The notes under the pieces: generated by a model
Database searches by the model: none
What the model was told of the DNA's origin: nothing
What the model saw: the letters and a program-made list of their open reading frames with translations, nothing else
Translations under genes and position numbers: made by a program
Assembly (NCBI GenBank): GCA_963745075.1
Contig: CAVUWV010000009.1
Span: 192,001 to 256,000, forward strand
From: Candidatus Hydrogenedentota bacterium
GTDB taxonomy: Bacteria > Hydrogenedentota > Hydrogenedentia > Hydrogenedentales > SLHB01
Length of the DNA stretch: 64,000 nucleotides
Direction: 5' to 3'
Shown here: positions 61,037 to 64,000 of the stretch, piece after piece
How the letters are laid out: the number at the start of each line of letters is the position of its first letter
Numbering within the stretch: the stretch's first letter is position 1

Positions 61037-61846
61037 TCACTTCTGTTCTCCGCCTCCGCCGTTGTCCAGATACTGGATCAGCTTCTCGGGATAATTCGTC
61101 TGGATGCCGTCGGAACCCCAAGCGATAGCGTCTTTCCAGCAGGAAGGATCGCTCTCGTCCACGATGACGATCGCGCCCGCATCGTGACAGGTCTTCACAA
61201 ACGACGGCGAATAGTAGCGCCATACGGAGGCAATCACCCGCGGCTTGGCCACTTCGATAAGTTTCGCCAAAAACTTCTCGGGTCCCGGATCCGGCATTTC
61301 AACACATTCCGGACAGGTCTCCTTCATCCGTTTCAGTTCGTCAACGTCCGCGTACCAGATGACGTTGTGCTCCATGTCGTGCGCCATGATGGCTTTCGCC
61401 AACGGCTCGACCGGGGCGTTCTTCAGATCGAGATAGATACCGATCTTGCCCGCACACAGGTCCAGAATCTCGTCGAAGGTGGGGATTTTCGTCCCCTTCC
61501 ATTCCGGACCGATCCGGCTGCCGATATCCAGCGCGCGCAGTTCGTCGAGCGTCATGTCGGCCACCTTGCCCGTGTGTCCGGGTGCATAGGAATCAATGGA
61601 ATCGTTGTGACAGGACACAAACTTGCCGTCTTTCGTCGTGCGCACGTCGATTTCGACAAAATCCGCGCCGAGGTCGATGGCTTTCTGATACGCCGCGAGC
61701 GTATTCTCCGGAATTCCCTGATGGGCGCCCCGGTGGGCCACAACGTATACGCCGCCATGTTTGGGCGGGGGAAGCGGAAGATCCGCCGCACACGCCACAA
61801 CGACCGCCAGCCAAGCAACAACCGTCACTACGAGATATTTACGCAT
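61037..61846 (-). CDS. Glycerophosphodiester phosphodiesterase family protein
   Basis: AHRGA, PENTLAA, VEIDVRTTKDG, HN, IPTFDE, DGIQTN. Confidence 0.92.
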   Translation of the reverse strand: MRKYLVVTVVAWLAVVVACAADLPLPPPKHGGVYVVAHRGAHQGIPENTLAAYQKAIDLGADFVEIDVRTTKDGKFVSCHNDSIDSYAPGHTGKVADMTLDELRALDIGSRIGPEWKGTKIPTFDEILDLCAGKIGIYLDLKNAPVEPLAKAIMAHDMEHNVIWYADVDELKRMKETCPECVEMPDPGPEKFLAKLIEVAKPRVIASVWRYYSPSFVKTCHDAGAIVIVDESDPSCWKDAIAWGSDGIQTNYPEKLIQYLDNGGGGEQK

Positions 61847-61975
61847 CACCACCTCCGAGAAATTGGCGGCCTTCGACCGCAATAGTCAAACGGAAAAGAT
61901 ACCTACCGCAATTGGCGCGTTCAATCAGATTGGAAGACAAGCCGCTCTCGCGCGATACCCGCGACAGGGGAATCG

Positions 61976-64000
61976 CTATTCTTTTTCCGCGATCAATCCG
62001 TGGTACCGGCCCATCCAATAAGGCAGGAGATAAGCGGCGCCGTCGCTCTCGTTGCGCCCGTCTCCATCCGCGTCCGGCTCGTATGGGTCTCCGTTCCACT
62101 TCTCGAACGTCCGCTCATCTACGGGCAGCACGCGGTCCAGCACGGGCTCATCGAAGCGGTTGGGCCGTTCGGCGAAATGGACGTCGTCGCGCTCGCTGTT
62201 GATCACGCCCCATTGACGCCGGTCCGTGGGAATGCGCTTCAATTGCTCGATGGCGGGTAGGAGGTCGGTTTCATTGGGCGCAATGGTGGCGAAGACGAAC
62301 GCATAAAAGCTGGGCCGTTTCGGCGCCACGATCTTGTAGTGCCGCCGCACCGCCAGGTGGAGAGCCTCGCTCAACACCGGGTCCTTCTCCAACTGGAGAA
62401 TGGGATACCACGCCACAAACCCGAGTTGGTCGTCCGAGTGATTGTACTCGTCGGGAAACACCTTCTTGGAAAGTAGCACGTTGTCCAGGTACCCGTGCTT
62501 GTAGATTAGCTTGCGGTAGTGCTCGTCGTACTTCTTGTCGCCCGTCACGTAATCGGCGACCTTGAGAAACGAGAGCATTTGCAGCGAGTTCAGGCCGTGT
62601 TCGAGATAATGTTCGGGATTTCCGTTCAGCGCCTCCGGATTCCAGAATCCCCACCTTGTGCGCTCGCCGTCCCAGTCGATCAATTGATAGTTGTGATCCA
62701 CGATATAGTCGGTAACGGCACGCACGTGCTTTTCAAGAAGCGCGCGTTCTTCGGGATCGTATTGCGCGATATGTTCAAAATACGTGTAGAACGCAAGGTA
62801 ATGACCGTCGATCTCATCGCTCGACGTGTCACTCTTCCAGTAGCGCTTTCCGTCGGGAGTCGGCCGCCACTGCCGTTTCGCTTCCGGCTTATCGGCGTCC
62901 TTCTTTTTCCCAATGTCCGCCGGCACCACGCTTCGGGCGACCAGCCCCGGAGTTCCCGAAGCGTCTTCAAGCATGTAAAGCGCGTGCATGCCTTCCCGTG
63001 CTGACGCCTTGGCGGCCTCGTCATGCGTTGCGCCATAATCAAGGGACATGGCGGCCACGTGATAGGCCGTCCACAAACCGTCGTTGTCGTTGTCGGAAAT
63101 GGTGTAGTCGGTGGGATGAACGGCGTCGTCCAGCGTGCACGCGGCCACCAGACCCAGACGCCGATGGCGTTCGTTCACCAAGCGCTCGATCGTCTCCGCA
63201 CGCTTCAGCAGCGTCGTCGTCGTCGCATCCAGGCGCCCCAGACCGGCGTTGGTCCACGTGAAGACACTCTTACCGTCCTCCGTCACCGCCACCGCACGAA
63301 CTTCGTCGCCGGGCACATAGCGCAGCCCCTCTCGATAAAACCACTGTCGGCCACGCTCGTACGGGCGATACTGAATCAGGCCCCGGTCGGTGCCAATCCA
63401 AAGCCGGTCGCGCCCATCAACAGCCAATGAAGTGATGGCCTCGACAGGGAGCCCATCCTTGCCGCGCAAGGTCGTCCAAGAGCCGTCGTGACGGCGAAGG
63501 CTCAACCCGAGCTTCGTTCCGATCCACAACGTGCCTTGGGAATCGTTGGTCAGGGCCGTGATCTCGGTGGATGCAGGACCGTTATCGCCATAGTGAGGGT
63601 AGCGAACCGGCTTCTGACGAGGTGCCGCGCGATGCAGGCCTTGTCCGTCGGAAAACCAGATAACCTCGTCTTGCAGCGCGAACGCCGTCAGTTCGTTGTC
63701 TTTTGCGACCCGCTGCACTTCCGTCCACGCACTGTCGGGAATGCGACCGAGATATCGTTGGAGTTGAACGTCTGCTTCCACACGCGAGGAATCGGGCGCG
63801 ATGGATTCGTTTGTCCGGTTCCAGGTCCCGGACGAATCGTGTTCGAAGATGCCGTCAGCCGTTGCGGCGAGCAGCGCGCCGTCGCCGTTCACACCCAGCG
63901 CAAGGACTTCCCCGCCGGGGCCGCTGACGTCGAAGTCCCGCACCTGCTCTTCAAACGGCGGCACCACGATGGGGAGTTTCCACGCCGGCGCCGTCTCCGG
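61976..64000 (-). CDS. Regulator-propeller repeat + helical-barrel hydrolase-like protein (5' end outside the window)
   Basis: ITALTNDSQGTLWIGT and ITSLAVDGRDRLWIGT repeats; DNDGLWT, DTSSDE, YLLPYWMGRY; frame open to the window edge. Confidence 0.75.
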   Translation of the reverse strand, partial: PETAPAWKLPIVVPPFEEQVRDFDVSGPGGEVLALGVNGDGALLAATADGIFEHDSSGTWNRTNESIAPDSSRVEADVQLQRYLGRIPDSAWTEVQRVAKDNELTAFALQDEVIWFSDGQGLHRAAPRQKPVRYPHYGDNGPASTEITALTNDSQGTLWIGTKLGLSLRRHDGSWTTLRGKDGLPVEAITSLAVDGRDRLWIGTDRGLIQYRPYERGRQWFYREGLRYVPGDEVRAVAVTEDGKSVFTWTNAGLGRLDATTTTLLKRAETIERLVNERHRRLGLVAACTLDDAVHPTDYTISDNDNDGLWTAYHVAAMSLDYGATHDEAAKASAREGMHALYMLEDASGTPGLVARSVVPADIGKKKDADKPEAKRQWRPTPDGKRYWKSDTSSDEIDGHYLAFYTYFEHIAQYDPEERALLEKHVRAVTDYIVDHNYQLIDWDGERTRWGFWNPEALNGNPEHYLEHGLNSLQMLSFLKVADYVTGDKKYDEHYRKLIYKHGYLDNVLLSKKVFPDEYNHSDDQLGFVAWYPILQLEKDPVLSEALHLAVRRHYKIVAPKRPSFYAFVFATIAPNETDLLPAIEQLKRIPTDRRQWGVINSERDDVHFAERPNRFDEPVLDRVLPVDERTFEKWNGDPYEPDADGDGRNESDGAAYLLPYWMGRYHGLIAEKE

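Overview
GC-rich bacterial chromosomal segment. Gene content (many secreted or Tat-signal hydrolases and oxidoreductases, TMTC-like/TPR proteins, FG-GAP proteins, large PurL with separate PurQ) suggests a Hydrogenedentota- or PVC-like organism; this is inference only. Core genes are hup, an isocitrate/isopropylmalate-family dehydrogenase, purM-purL-purQ with a divergent LysR, and an RND efflux pair. Accessory patches lie at about 16.3-20.9 kb, 22.5-25.9 kb, 29.6-33.1 kb and 34.5-38.7 kb. They carry toxin-antitoxin modules, an XRE regulator, a PD-(D/E)xK-type nuclease and an integron-cassette-like cupin gene. About ten genes, including purL, are split by single-base indels and most likely reflect long-read errors. 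Most notable observations: (1) three ~166-bp elements with ~36-bp terminal inverted repeats, a conserved inner hairpin and a fixed-length but sequence-variable core, plus several other REP-like palindrome families, one set nested; (2) a 329-aa protein with an antitoxin-like tail coupled to a PIN toxin, next to a 5'-truncated hicA; (3) a ~100-nt tRNA-like cloverleaf; (4) an unannotated 25-aa Phe-rich peptide gene sharing a candidate operator with the XRE gene; (5) three apparent pseudo-enzymes. No transposase, integrase, rRNA, canonical tRNA or CRISPR array was seen.
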